A DNA stretch of 64,000 nt from Lama guanicoe (lineage: Eukaryota), in the NCBI GenBank assembly GCA_013239625.1, contig MU053559.1, positions 3,660,607 through 3,724,606 of the forward strand, given 5' to 3'. The notes beneath the pieces are model-generated. The model ran no database searches. It had not been told where the DNA came from and saw only the letters and a program-made list of their open reading frames with translations. Shown one piece after another: positions 26,675 through 40,165 of this stretch. The position numbers were made by a program, and so were the translations under genes. How positions within the stretch are numbered: the first letter of the stretch is position 1; every line of letters begins with the position of its first letter.

Positions 26675-26728
26675 GTTTATCCTTTCCCACAAAGCCAGAA
26701 AACTGGCCCGTCTTACCAAAGATGAAAG
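26675..26728 (+). CDS. MAOB: MAO-B exon 10 (FILSHKARKLARLTKDER)
   Basis: ttttag acceptor, gtaagg donor; 54 nt. Confidence 0.96.
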
Positions 26729-28504
26729 GTAAGGGAAAAAGTGCGTTTTCTTTCTTCCCTCCTTCTCTCCCTCCCTTCCTCTGTCCCCTTTCTTCCTGCC
26801 CCTCTCCACACCCCCTCTCCCTTTCTTTCCTCCTTTGCTTCTTTCTACCGACTTTCAACTTTATTGAACTTTCTGACTTAAAGACTGTTTAATACGATGA
26901 GTATTCCCAGCACTACCTGTCCATGATGTTACTTACAAGGGTCTTGTATAAAGACGCAGTGCTGGTATCTTAAGAACCAAGTATTCAAAATAATATTTAT
27001 TGAGTTTATTGTACATAAGATACCATGCAAAGAGCTATGGAGAATACAAAAATGGATACAGCCCAGGAGCTGAAAATTGACTTGGGGAGGAGATAACCAG
27101 GAAGACAAATGACTGCATTGCAGGGCAGTGTGCAGTACATCCTTCATGAATGATGTGTAACAGTGACAGACTGCAGGTACAAAGGGGCTCGTTTCTCTGC
27201 AGGGGGCAATTTCTCCCAGTAATTCGTATTCACCGCTACCAATTTTCTATTCCCACACCACGACTCAGAGCCCTTGAATTACATTATGACACATCCCCCC
27301 TCCCCATTAGCAGGCTGCTTTGTGACTATTGCCACCACTGCACTTGGCCCTGGGCTATGGAGGCGTCACTGGGCCACTCACCTAACAATGTCCCCACTAG
27401 AATATTCAGATCCATGAAGGTAGGAAGTTTTGTCTGGATCGTTCACTGCTGGATCTCCAGTGCCTGGGACAATGCCTGGGACAGATCTTTTCCCAGTTTA
27501 TCTTTTGAGCATATTTACGGCTTCTTCATTTATATTATATTATATTTATACTGTATATAATATATATAATATAATATACTGTATAGTATATTATATTTCT
27601 ACTGCAATATGATTTTAACTTTTTATGAAGTTTTAACTTATTATGGAGTTAACTTTTTATCAAGTTTATCAGTTTGTAAAATCATCACTTCTGAAGGGTC
27701 TATCAGGCATAGAAAAGACTTTTCTATTCCAAGATTATTTTCTAAATTATCCATTTTTTCATTACTTTTCTGATTTCATCCATTATATGTAAATCTTTGA
27801 TCTTTCTGAAATATATTTTGAAGGAGTCACATAGGAGTCCAGCTTTGTTTCTTTCACGGGTAGCCATTTGTCTGAGGGCCATTTTATTGAATAATCTGTC
27901 TTTTTTGTCATGGGTTTTAAATGCCCATCTTTATGATTCTAAATTCCCTTATGTATTTGGTTCTATTCCTAAACTTAATTTTCTTTACTCTGTAGAACCA
28001 TTCCTCTACTTATGCCAAGCTAGTCCATTTATGTAAATACAAATTAAGAAGAAAAAAAGAAAGAAAAAATGAGAGAGAGAGGGAGGATGGGAAGAAAGAA
28101 GGAAGGAAGAAAGGATGGGAAGAAGGAGGGATGGAACAGAGGGGAGAAACGAGGGGAAAATAGACATTTTCACATACCTTTGTTTGTAGAAAGAGCTCCT
28201 GGATTTAAAATCATAATACTTTTGAAAATCATTGGCCTTAACTCTAAATCATCTGTAAGATCCTCTTTAACAATACTATAAAAATCAGAATGGAAATAGC
28301 TATAAGCTTATACTTTATTTGACTAATTATAACTTTTGGCTCACATCCCATTCACCCATAAAACTAAATATCGTAAGAGCTACCATTTATTGAGCATTTA
28401 CTATGTACCAGTTATTGAATTGGGAACTTTCTATGCCTTATATCAGCTGCTCACAAACTTAATCACCTGGAAGGTTTGTGAAGACCCTTTGCTGCCACTG
28501 CTGT

Positions 28505-28600
28505 CTCTGAATTGGCAGGTCTGGGGCGGGGCCTGAGAATTTGCATTTCTAACAAGTTCCCCAGATGATGCACCTGCTGCTGCAGGTCCAGGGACCACAC
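28505..28600. mobile_element. MER5A-like hAT DNA transposon fragment
   Basis: ggtctggggcggggcctgagaatttgcatttctaacaagttcccc. Confidence 0.7.
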
Positions 28601-29110
28601 AGTTTTACCACCATTAGTGAAAACCTCATGCCAGCTTGTTGCTAAAACTAAAAGTCAGAGAGCTTAAGTAACCTGCTCAAGCCCTCACAGCATGCAAGAG
28701 GCAGAATCCAAATTTGAAGCTTTTCCTGCTCCACTTTGCCCATCGCTTCTCAGTGGGATAGGGGGAGAAAGCGGAGTGAGCAAGAATCCTGTCTCGGTCC
28801 TCCCAGACTCTCCAGTGCTTAGGAGGTTGACAAGAGGTACACAATGTTTTCTTGAGTGAATGAACAAATTGCCATGTGCCCCCAGTGATGCAGACAATGC
28901 ATCACTTTTTTTCTTTAATACTATTTGTGACCTCATCAATTTCCAGTGTTTGAACTAGAACAAAGCGCCTTGTTCTGAAAAATTGCAATGAACTTTCCAG
29001 TGGATGCAATAACTTGGAATCATTTTGAATGAGGGGCTACTATGGATCTTGCACTTTTTCTTCCTTCTTCATTTTCACTTTTTTTTTCTTTTCCTCTTCT
29101 CTTCCCATAG

Positions 29111-29168
29111 GTTGAAGAAACTTTGCGAGCTCTACGCAAAAGTCCTAGGCTCACAAGAAGCTCTGAAG
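29111..29168 (+). CDS. MAOB: MAO-B exon 11 (LKKLCELYAKVLGSQEALK)
   Basis: Long pyrimidine tract plus catag acceptor, gtcaga donor; 58 nt. Confidence 0.96.
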
Positions 29169-30341
29169 GTCAGACTGCTTCCCAACCCTTTTTAAGGGAG
29201 AGAGATCTTGCTTTGTTGTCCAGGTCTTGCAGGGATGGATTCATGCAAGTGGGGTGCTAGAGCTCATGTTTTTCCTGATACACTCTCGAAAGTGTCTACA
29301 CAGCTGAGCTGGCCAATTTATGAGTTGTCCCAGAGAATATGGGCCCTGGCTGTGCCTCTGGCAGCCCCAGGACCCTGCAACACTGTTGTGTTTTAGGTAG
29401 TGCTATCCTGTCCCCGAGTTCAGAGCGCTTCCTGGAGCAGGAAAGACATGCCGATGGGCTCAAGCTGAGCCCCGTGGGCTGAATTTCCCAGACACTTTTG
29501 CAAGTAGCCTGAGGAAGCTGTGATCTTCAAGTGGAACAAGTAGTTCCCCTCCCCTACACCAGGAGGCTGAAGGCGGGATGGGCGGGGTAGGAAGGCAGTG
29601 TGATGGGGGCATTCCGTGATGGTCAAAGGGCCAGATGTGCTCAATAACCAGTATCCACAACCACTTCATCAATATTGAAAAGGAAGGATCGATGTTCTCG
29701 TTAAATTCACCAGACTGCTGGGTCTTTAATGTTTTGACCTGGATTCAATCACCTTTTGAGAACGAAGATTAAATCCAGTTATCTGTGACGCAGTTGAAGA
29801 CAATGGAGACCAATGTACAAATGAGCAGCTAAAGCGCAAGAAAAGTCTAATGAAGGGGCTAAGAGTGTTTAACTTGCTAAGCCTCTTAAATCCAAATCTC
29901 TGCAGGGCACGCCATGACCTAGTTGAGCTTCATCTCGGTCCTTGAACGCTTATTTCGCTCAACTTTGCAGTGGCTCCCTAGTCAAGTGGTTGTGGCTTTT
30001 GAATTTGTCATTTTTGTTCATCCTTTTCAAGCAAGAGCCGTTTCCCCCGTGCTCATGATAAGCGAAACACATGCTCTTGAGGATTTGGGGAATTCTTTCT
30101 CAGCAAATGAACAAGAGTGACTAATTGATTAGTTTGGGAAAAAAAACATTATCATCCTCAGGAAGATGTTTTGTTTCTTTTTTCACTTTCATAGGCCATT
30201 TCACAAGTTTAAGTGTAAGCTTAGCCTCTGGGCACAAGGATAGTATGAGGGAAGTAGCAAGATCAAACACGCATACACATTAAAAATACATCATTTCACA
30301 GCTGCAAAAACTGCCTGGTTTTTTTGTTTAAAAATGCTGTT

Positions 30342-30734
30342 CAATTATCATACTAAGTGAAGTAAGCCAGAAAGAGAAAGAAAAATACTGTATGATGATA
30401 TTACTTATATGTGAAATCCAAAAAAACGACACAAATGAACTTATTTACAAAACAGAAACAGATTCACAGACATAGAAAACAAACTTATGGTGACTCAAGG
30501 GGAAAGGGCGAAGGGATGGACAAATTAAGAGTATGAGATTAATAGATACAAACTACTATATATAAAATGGATAAACAGCAAGGTCCTACTGTATAGCACA
30601 GGGAACTATGTTCAATAGCTTGTAATAACCTATAATGAAAAAGAATATTTATATGTATAACTGAATCGCTATGTTGTATACCAGAAAGGAATACAATGTT
30701 GTAAAGCAACTCTACTTCAATTCACAAAAAATGT
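30342..30734 (+). mobile_element. L1 3' end
   Basis: aagtgaagtaagccagaaagagaaag ... cttcaattcacaaaaaa; TSD aaatgctgtt. Confidence 0.85.
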
Positions 30735-31310
30735 AAATGCTGTTTAAGATATTCCACCCTGTTAAATACTCCGGCTTTTTTGAAGTTATGTTCTGAGACA
30801 CCCTCAGGCTGAGGCAGTGTGTAACTGAGGTTCCTCCAACAACCTGTGAGATGATTGTCTGGGGAACCCCACTGGGAGGCAAAAACAGTTGTTCTCAAGT
30901 TCCAAAAAAGTTGATCATTTTGAATGTGGGAAAGTCTCTTTTTCCAAGAAGAATATGGACGCTTAATTGCTGATGATAAAAATGAGTTGGTCCTGCCCTT
31001 GTTTGCTCTCGGCATTGAGAAAGGTACTAGCTTTACTCTCGCTTTGGTGTCTGTTGTTTTGCGTTCTGGGAGCAAAGGAAAGCAAAAGATGCAGTCCAAC
31101 CTTTCTTCTGATTGGCTGGCTGGAAACAGCAGAGAAGGATGCTCACAAGGTGGTTGTCGCCCTCAGATGCAGAAAAGGAAGAGGGCTGGGCATGAGACAT
31201 GGGATCACCGCCAGAGGCCGGGAGCCACTTACACCCTTCAGATGGGGTCTTGTGATTTGTAAATTGGATGCATTACAAATGACTCTATGAAGTCCCATAT
31301 ATGACTGCAA

Positions 31311-31918
31311 ATTTTTTTAACATTTTTTATTGATTTATAATCATTTTACAATGCTGTGTCAAATTCCAGTGTCCAGCACAATCCCTCAGTCATTCATGGA
31401 CATATACACACTCATTGTCACATTTTTTTCTCTGTGATTTATCATAACATTTTGTGTATATTTCCCTGTGCTATACAGTGTAATCTTGTTTATCTATTCT
31501 ACAATTTTAAAATCCCAGTCTATCCCTTCCCACCCTCCACCCCCCTGGTAACCACAAGTCTGTATTCTCTGTCTGTGAGTCTATTTCTGTCCTGTATTTA
31601 TGCTTTTTGTTTGTTTGTTTGTTTTTGTTTTTGTTTATTCGATTCCACATATGAGCGATCTCATATGGTATTTTTCTTTCTCTTTCTGGCTTACTTCACT
31701 TAAAATGACATTCTCCAGGAGCATCCATGTTGCTGCAAATGGCATTCTGTTGTCAGTTTTTATAGCTGAGTAGTATTCCATTGTATAAATATACCACCTC
31801 TTCTTTAGCCAGTCACCTGTTGATGGACATTTAGGCTGTTTCCATGTTTTGGCTATTGTAAATAGTGCTGCTATGAACATTGGGGTGTAGGTGTCATCCT
31901 GAAGTAGATTTCCTTCTG
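31311..31918 (-). mobile_element. Young L1 3' end including the ORF2 C-terminus
   Basis: ORF 31635..31985 (TPMFIAALFTIAKTWKQPKCPS...); TSD gcaaattttt. Confidence 0.9.
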
Positions 31919-32175
31919 GCAAATTTTTTAAACAAAGTATCTTTCCAAAATCTACTTTTACACTTTTTCTCTTAAGACTTGCCATGTTGATTTTATTTTT
32001 TCAAAATAATGCTTAATGATAACACTTATGTTCAGCTATTTTAATAAAGAGCTTGAACTTTGCAAAATCTCAGCTAATTTTTTCCTATTCATGGCAAAAA
32101 CATTTTTCAGACCAATAGCTGCTTGCAAGTATCACCGTCAGCAAAACCATCTACATCCCACAAAAACATTCATTC

Positions 32176-32351
32176 CTTTTTAAAAAAATGTTTTTTGTTT
32201 ATTCTTTATTGTTTTTGTTTTTGTGGGGGGGAGGTAATTAGGTTTATTTATTTGTTTGTTTATTATTTTTTTGATGGAGGTGCTGGGGATTGAACCCAGA
32301 ACCTTGTGCATACTAAGCATGCACTCTACCACTGAGCTATACCCCCCACCC
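32176..32351 (-). mobile_element. Vic-1-like SINE
   Basis: 15-bp TSD caaaaacattcattc (32161-32175 and 32352-32366). Confidence 0.9.
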
Positions 32352-32782
32352 CAAAAACATTCATTCTAATGAAACATTCATTTGTCTAGCTTCTCGTAAC
32401 AAAGTTGACTTGCCCGGCAAAACATGAATCTAGTCATTCTTTTTCCTTAACTGACATGTTGTTCAGCTTTTTTCCTCCTTTGACCACTTTAATAAGTATA
32501 AATAGTTTTTTAAACTTGTCTTGAAACCATTAGGCACTAAAAACTTCTTAATAGGTAAGGCCAATTTAAAAATGGAGCTAGACAATCACAGTTTATGAAC
32601 AGTACCTGAGACATGAATGGACCAAGTGAGAAAACTTTCTAAGTCAGAATTTCTTAGAAGTTTATTAGCAAGGGCATTTATCTGCCCAAAGTCGTGTCTC
32701 TAAAAACATCAGAATGATAAGGCTCTATTTCAGACATGTATTGGTTGTCCAGTTGATTGGGGCTGTGTTTGATTTATTCTGA

Positions 32783-32935
<153 letters not shown>

Positions 32936-33431
32936 TAGAGTCAAAGCGTGCTCAGTGTTAACTGAAATTCCCTGAACTTGAGTCCCTAATTCTAAGAAGG
33001 TTCGTGTAGCTCTTCTCCCCTGTTTCTTGTAAAAGCTGAGCAAATCCCCAGTTTCCTTTGTATCTCGTTAATCTCACTAAGGAAGTCATTCTAATTCTGC
33101 TCAGTGAGAGGAAGTGATGTGGCAAGTTCAGTGGTAGAATGACCAGGTGGGAAACTGGGGGCATGTGTCTCCTTGCTCAAAGCTGGTGAACCATGGAAAG
33201 ATCTGTACATGACTGGGCACGTATAGTCCCTCACTTCATGTACTCGAGGCAAATACTTATTTCACCTCCAGTGATGTCCGTCCCTTCCTTCACCTGTAAG
33301 CTCTTGGTGCAGGAGTGAGCTTTGGCTTTCATTTTATTTTGTCTGTGACTATGCAAGAATTGGAGGAACCTATAAACATTATTCCAAAATTGCCAACATG
33401 CTTCCTGACGTTTACAGGCTGAAGAAACTGA

Positions 33432-33770
<339 letters not shown>

Positions 33771-33984
33771 TAACAGTAGTGTCAGGTGAAGTGAACACCT
33801 CAACCCAAAACTAACAATGAAAATACCTAACCTGTCACCCAAGGTAAAGAGGCCATGGGGCAAAAGACGGCCGTGGCTATACTTAGAGATAAGCCAGGTC
33901 TGATATTACAGAACCAAACATGTTTCTACTAGGACTCAGAACTCATTTATATATTTTCCAGCAATTTCTCTGATGTCATCTCTA

Positions 33985-34076
33985 CTTTTTATTGATTTTT
34001 TTTTCCTTAACGGATTGAACCTAGGACCTCATTCATGCCAGGCATGTGCTCCACCATGAGCTATACCCCCACCCCC
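33985..34076 (-). mobile_element. Short or degenerate Vic-1-like SINE
   Basis: gattgaacctaggacctcattcatgccaggcatgtgctccaccatgagctataccccc. Confidence 0.7.
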
Positions 34077-34308
34077 GATCTCATCCTTATTAAGGCATGT
34101 TCACAGCTCCTAAAATTCATGGTGAGCCTAATGATTGAACCCTTATGCCAGAGATGAAAGACCTTTTGGATCCTTTTAAAGGTTCAGTGGCTTTTACCCT
34201 GGTGTTTTTGATGGATAGCCCAAAAGACATTGATAGTCTTTTATTTAAGGAGAAGATTAGGTGAAAGATGGTGTCATTTTTCTTATTCACCGAGATGCTC
34301 TTTTTCAG

Positions 34309-34371
34309 ATCCTGCATGCCATGGGGAAGATCCCAGAAGATGAAATCTGGCAGCCTGAACCTGAGTCTGTG
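34309..34371 (+). CDS. MAOB: MAO-B exon 14 ([21 protein letters not shown])
   Basis: ttttcag acceptor, gtaggt donor; 63 nt. Confidence 0.97.
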
Positions 34372-35426
34372 GTAGGTTATATTTTATTTCATGAATTTAA
34401 ATTTCTTTCCTCTAAAAACAATTATTTGCGAATTGAACATGCTTGTATCTGTTCACATACCTTTCTCTAAGTGATTCAACCCATGAATGTTTAAAAAGAT
34501 GCCATGGGTTAGGGGACAGGTGAGAGATTTAGAAGAACTTTGATAAATTTGTAGCTGTCACATCCATTGCAGATTATTAAGGAAAAATAAATTATTTTTT
34601 GGTCAGACGAGACATTATTCAGAGAGTTCTAGACATATTAAGAACTCAATAAATGCCTGTTGAATAAATTTCTAACCTGGTGCTAGGAAGGAGGAAATGA
34701 AAGGAAGATATGTCAGCATCCCCTGGCTAGGGGTAAGGGGGTAGAATGAAACAGAGCAGATTTCAATTAAAAATGCATTTTCAATATACCTATCATTTTG
34801 TAATAAAACCCCAGGAAATGTTCCTGACTGGAAGGAAAGATACAGAGAGATAGAGTGAAATGTACTGTGAAGGACAAAGGTCTAAAAGGTCAAAGTTATT
34901 CATCTATCAGGTGTGAAGTCAAAAAGAACAGCCCTGCCACTCCAAAGGCATTCTCTTTAGTGCTTCCAGCACAGATGGGACTGAGGAGTGAGTGGACCAC
35001 AGATTCATTCACTCAACAAATACTTATTGTGCACCTGCTGTGCATCAGCCGCTGGGATAACGGTACAGCAGTGCTTTCACAGAGCTCAGCGTGTGGTGGG
35101 GAGAACAGATGATCACCCCAAAGCATGAGGGCGGTGAAGATGAGACACACTGAGAATGTAAAAAGAGGGAGTCAACTTAGCTTGGGGAGGCTGGAAAGGC
35201 TCTCGGAGGAAGTGAGGTGTAAACTGAGACTTGAAGTTAGTAGTCAGAATGAGTCAAGTACGGAGCCAAGGGGGAATGGAGATGAATGTTATGAGCAAAG
35301 GGAGTGTTCTGTTTAATGGCCTAGAGGTTGGCCAGACTGGGTCAAGTTCAGAGAACCAGAGGAAATACACTTTCTGGAGCAAAATGCACAAGCCCTGTAC
35401 TGACACCAAATGTTCTCTGAACCCAG

Positions 35427-35579
35427 GATGTCCCTGCGAAGCCCATTACCACGACCTTCTTGGAGAGACATTTGCCCTCCGTGCCGGGCCTGCTGAGGCT
35501 GATTGGATTGACCACCATCGTTTCTGCAGCTGCTCTTGGCTACCTGGCCCACAAAAGGGGGCTACTTGTGAGAATCTAA
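35427..35579 (+). CDS. MAOB: MAO-B exon 15, coding part ([50 protein letters not shown]), mitochondrial outer-membrane tail anchor
   Basis: Branch-point-like tactgac at 35398, acccag acceptor; TAA at 35577-35579. Confidence 0.97.
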   Translation, partial: DVPAKPITTTFLERHLPSVPGLLRLIGLTTIVSAAALGYLAHKRGLLVRI

Positions 35580-36440
35580 ATTGGGGGGCATCAGTAGCCA
35601 CAGTCTCTTCTTATTCTACTTGGTGTGTGGGTTTGGGGAAAGAGTTGTAATAAAGTTCCATGAAGACACAAAGAATGTAGAGTGAGGTGGGGGCGTGGAG
35701 ATAAGTCAGACTTCCGACCACAGGAAACACACTATCTCTTTCTCCGTTTTGATCCCTGAGTATTGTCTCTTACCCAGCCTAGCACTCTGTCTCACCCATT
35801 TCCAAGTTTACTGGCCCCAGAATCTTTACAGTAGTTAAATAGGCTAGTTAAGGTCCTTGCTGTCCTCCCATACACCTTGCCCATGCACACAAAAAATCTA
35901 GTTTTTTCCCACCTCTGTGGCTTTGTGCTTGTCCTTCTTATTACCTGTAATGTCCACATCTTCCAAGTTCTCTGCATTTGTCCTTCGAATCCTGTATTGT
36001 TATAGCTGGAAGACCTTAAAGACCACCTAGTCCTTACTTTCTATTTTAGAGCTGAGCAAACTGAAGCTGAGAAAGGTGGAACTTAATTGCTCAATGTCCA
36101 CAATAAGCCACTGATATTTGGGGGACTAGAACACAGGTCCACTGCTTTTCCCGTCTCCTAGGATGAATTTCCCAATCACCCTCCTCCCCTCCTTGCCATG
36201 GTCGCCGATGGTGTCCCCTTGTGCGGGTTTAATAAGTCATTCTGCACTACTCAGATGCTACTCAGTATATATCCTTAAGTCTTACTGTCTTGTGCAGTGT
36301 GTCTTCTGCTCATTTTATTTTATTTTTTTTGATGGTAGGAATCTTGTCTTTTCTTCCTTTTGTACCCTGCCTTGTGTCTGGATACAAAGATCAGTACACG
36401 TTTCGAATAATTAAAAATAAAGTTGATTGACCAGATGTCT
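35580..36440 (+). other. MAOB: MAOB 3' UTR (approximate end)
   Basis: From the stop codon to about 20 nt past AATAAA at 36416; contains a MIR-like fragment near 36000-36150. Confidence 0.7.
36416..36421 (+). terminator. MAOB polyadenylation signal AATAAA
   Basis: AATAAA followed by a GU/U-rich downstream element (tgtctgttgtctttttctttt). Confidence 0.75.
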
Positions 36441-38975
36441 GTTGTCTTTTCTTTTGAAGGTAATGACTTTCAAGGTTTTAACAGATCAAATCAAGATCCA
36501 GTGTTAAGTATATAATTGTGGCTTAAAATCATTTAGTCAAAATTTCCTTGGAGCTCAGATGATGCGTGCATTTTGATTGTGTGACCCATTATGGGTGGCC
36601 TCTGTGTGAGCACTTGGGAAATGATTTGTGATGATATGATAAGGATGCTAAAAGACAAGATTCCTTGCTTTCACTGCCCTCCCCCAAAATAGGCTGTCAA
36701 AATAATTGACATATTAATAAGCAAGATGCTTTAACTATTAAGATAATTATAATATTTCAGTTGACCTTTCATATTCCTTATTGGTGCAAAGCTTTTTACT
36801 AGGTACATTTATTCATTTAAAACTACAGTTTCACAGTCCATTAAATCCTATCTGAACTACTTTTTAAATGAGATCATCATTTCAAAGTACTTATACCTCT
36901 CAACTCCCAAGGTCAGTTTTTATCAGGAGATATTTTAAATCCACAAGTGACCATTCTCACATGCTCCTTTAGAAAATGAAGGTTATGTTTCTCAGCATAA
37001 ATGAAATTTAAGAAATCTCCCAGGGTCAATCAATAATAGTATTTCTGATTTTACAGTGACATTTACATTCATGAATTTGTAGGAACTTGAGAGACTAAAT
37101 GAGGAAATTAAAGAACACACTAAGACTTCTGTAGCCATTTTGTTTTTTGAATCTGGCTAGGAATATAATGTATTTGGCAGAGAAGTGTCTACGTGATCAT
37201 GCACCCTTCTGAAACAGTGCGCCACACCCCGAGAGTCATCATACTGCTAACTAACTCCAACACAGCTAGTAAGAAAGAGTCAAAGAATTGCCTTCTCCGG
37301 GAATCTCCTGGACCACTCACCCTCCAACTGGGCCAGGGAGCCCTTTTCTTTGTTCTCCCAATGCCACGTGCCTAGACCTCTCATCCTGCACTTACCGTAT
37401 GATATTGCAATTGTGCCATCTTGTTAAATGACATGGTATGTGATGCCGAGTTACATTAGCTATTAGCTACCAAGGTAAATCCAAGAAAGAATCAGTTCTC
37501 ATAACAGCCAGGCCCAGAGCATATAAAACTATGTCATAAGAGAACCAGTCAAGTAGGAATATTCAGGAGCCCCTTTCCCTCCTCCCTTTCTACACCCAAT
37601 CCATGAAATCCCAGATTCACAGTTGGCAAGCTAAGCAAGGAGTAAAGAAGGAGGGGAAGAGTTAACCACAGGCTCTTGCAAGATGGCGCAACAGCCCCTG
37701 AAGCTGGTCCTAAGTGCAAGAGGGGAGAAATCCGAACTCTAAATCGAGTTTGGAGATTTGATTATTCCACAATATTAGACATTCAAACTATTGAATTGAA
37801 GCTGTGCCTTGTGACTTAAGAAAAAATCCTTAGGATTGGCTCTAATTTAAGAGTGATTGATAGAGTCATAGACCTGCCAGGGTTTTTCAATAAGGAGGGC
37901 AGAAACTTCCCTCACTGAACAGGTTTGAATGAACAATGGAAGATAAAGTTGTGATTTGTATACATCTTGTTCAGTGAACTGGTGTTATTGTCACCTGTTT
38001 TTTAGAATAGAGGCTGTCTTCTATTCATTTTTTAATGTTCATCTTTCTTATCTCTTATGGTGCCTAAAGCATCATAATGTCTCAAAAATAAATGAATAGA
38101 TTCCTGTAATTTTCATTATAAGTCTGGATTTGACAATCCCATTATACCTACTCTTTTTAAAAAGAAGGTATCTAGCCTTCTTTTGCAGAAAGCTAATTTT
38201 CATTTTTCCTCATATTCATTTTGAAAGTATCAAATGTCTTCTTGACTATATTTTAGTTGAAGTAGCACTAATAACTGGTTGGATCCAGTTTTTGTTTGTT
38301 TGTTTGGGCAGGTGATGAGATTCAAGCAATGATTCTCAATTGAGGGTGTATGATAGAATTACTGGGATGATTTGGAAAGACCCACACATCTAAGCTTTAC
38401 ATGGAGAGTTTAATTTGGCAGATTGAAAAGAAGGCAAGTATGTTCATAGACCTTCTCTGTGAAGGTCTTAGCCGAGTGCTATTCACCAACTATTATGCTT
38501 CAGGGTAGGCTGAATCACTAGTTCAAAGGTACAACAGGGCTTAGACAGGTGGAGTTGAGTCTTTCTCAGAGACCTGTTGCTCTCTGCCTCCATTCTCTTT
38601 TAGCTACTCAGCTATGTCGGTGTGAAAAGAAGATGCTCATGAAAGACTTGGAATAGAAGGAAACGGTGCTGCTCTATGAAAAGTATGCATTAATTCAACA
38701 GATTAAAGTGTGAGACATGTTTCTTGGGTCATAAAAACTGCTTGACTAAATAAAGGCTATCTTGATTGGAAGGCATGGGTGTCGTAGGCTGGGTCCTCCT
38801 CAAAAAGCAGAACCTCAGACAAGGGCTTTAAAAATGTCATTAATTTCACTCTCCAGGAGAATTTGACCAATGGGAGATAAATACACCTTTCTGAGATGCA
38901 TTGTGCATGGCTCCTCAGAGGGTCCCTGGCCACACTAAGCCACGGTAGCCCACAGCAGTGACCAGTTTTGTAACT

Positions 38976-39072
38976 CTTTTTCTTCTGGGGAGCGGGCAGG
39001 CATTGAAACCAGGACCTCATGCATGCTAAGCATGTGCTCTACTATTGAGCTATTACCCTCTCCTCCTCCCCG
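38976..39072 (-). mobile_element. Vic-1-like SINE
   Basis: accaggacctcatgcatgctaagcatgtgctctactattgagcta. Confidence 0.75.
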
Positions 39073-39179
39073 AACAACTTCCCCTTGGCTTTTCCCCCTG
39101 CCCTGTTTCACTCTTCCTGATCCCACTTCTGCTCCCTGAGATCACTTCCTTAACCTGCTGTCAACATGTTTTCAGTAGT

Positions 39180-39295
39180 AGAGCTCATAGCTCAGTGGTA
39201 GAGCGCCTGCCTAGCATGAGTGAGGTCCTGGGTTCAATCCCCAGCACCTCCATTTAAAAAATAAATAGACCTAATTATCCTCCCCGAAAAAAAAA
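39180..39295 (+). mobile_element. Vic-1-like SINE
   Basis: tagctcagtggtagagcgcctgcctagcatgagtgaggtcctgggttcaatcccc. Confidence 0.85.
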
Positions 39296-39862
39296 TGTTA
39301 TCATTGGGTTTTAGGAAATCAAGGAAAAAGTCCTGGAGTCTTGTAGGGGCAGTGAGAGGGAGACCCAGCTGTCTCAGGGTCTCAGATGGCCTGGCCTCGA
39401 AGCCCCTCAGCCCCACAGCCCATCCCTCCTTTCTGGCCTAGTCCTCTACCTGCTCTTCTCCTCTTCTGCTGTTTGATCTCTGGTGCTGCCAAATGCTCAG
39501 ACTCTTAGTCTAAGGGCAAGGCTGGGTTTCAATAAATATAACTCCTTCTGGAGGGCAAAGCTCAGTGATGATGTTGACCCTGTATGTTTTAGAAGCACTC
39601 CAAGGACAGAACTGTCTTCAAAATAATGTCTTCTAAAAGCTGCTTAGAATGTTAAAACCAGGAAATAAATGTGTCTTTAAGTGAAATAAGAGCCTCCCTG
39701 CCAACTCCCTGCATCCCTGAACTTCCTTTATTTTAGGTGCCCAATGCCACAGTTGCTACGTAAGCAAAGACAAAGTAGGCCATGAAAGGAGCAGTATAGG
39801 AACAAGGCACACAGAGGGGGCTCTAGCCATTACAGGCCTCTCCCCAATGACCATCTCTTTCT

Positions 39863-40165
39863 TTATAAAACACAGAGAGACTCACAGACATAGAAAACAA
39901 ACTTATGGTTACTGGAGGGAAAGAGAGGGTATGGAGGGATAATTTGGGAGTTTGGGATTTGCAGTTACTAACTGCTATATATAAAATAGATAAATAACAA
40001 GGTCCTACTGTATAGCACAGGGAAATACATTTGATACTTTGTAATGGCCTATAATGAAAAAGAATATGAAAAGAGATACATGTATATGTGTATAAATGAA
40101 TCACTATGCTGTACACCAGAAATTAACACAACATTGTAAATTGACTATACTTCAATTTCAAAAAA
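39863..40165 (+). mobile_element. L1 3' end
   Basis: gactcacagacatagaaaacaaacttatggtt ... cttcaatttcaaaaaa. Confidence 0.85.
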
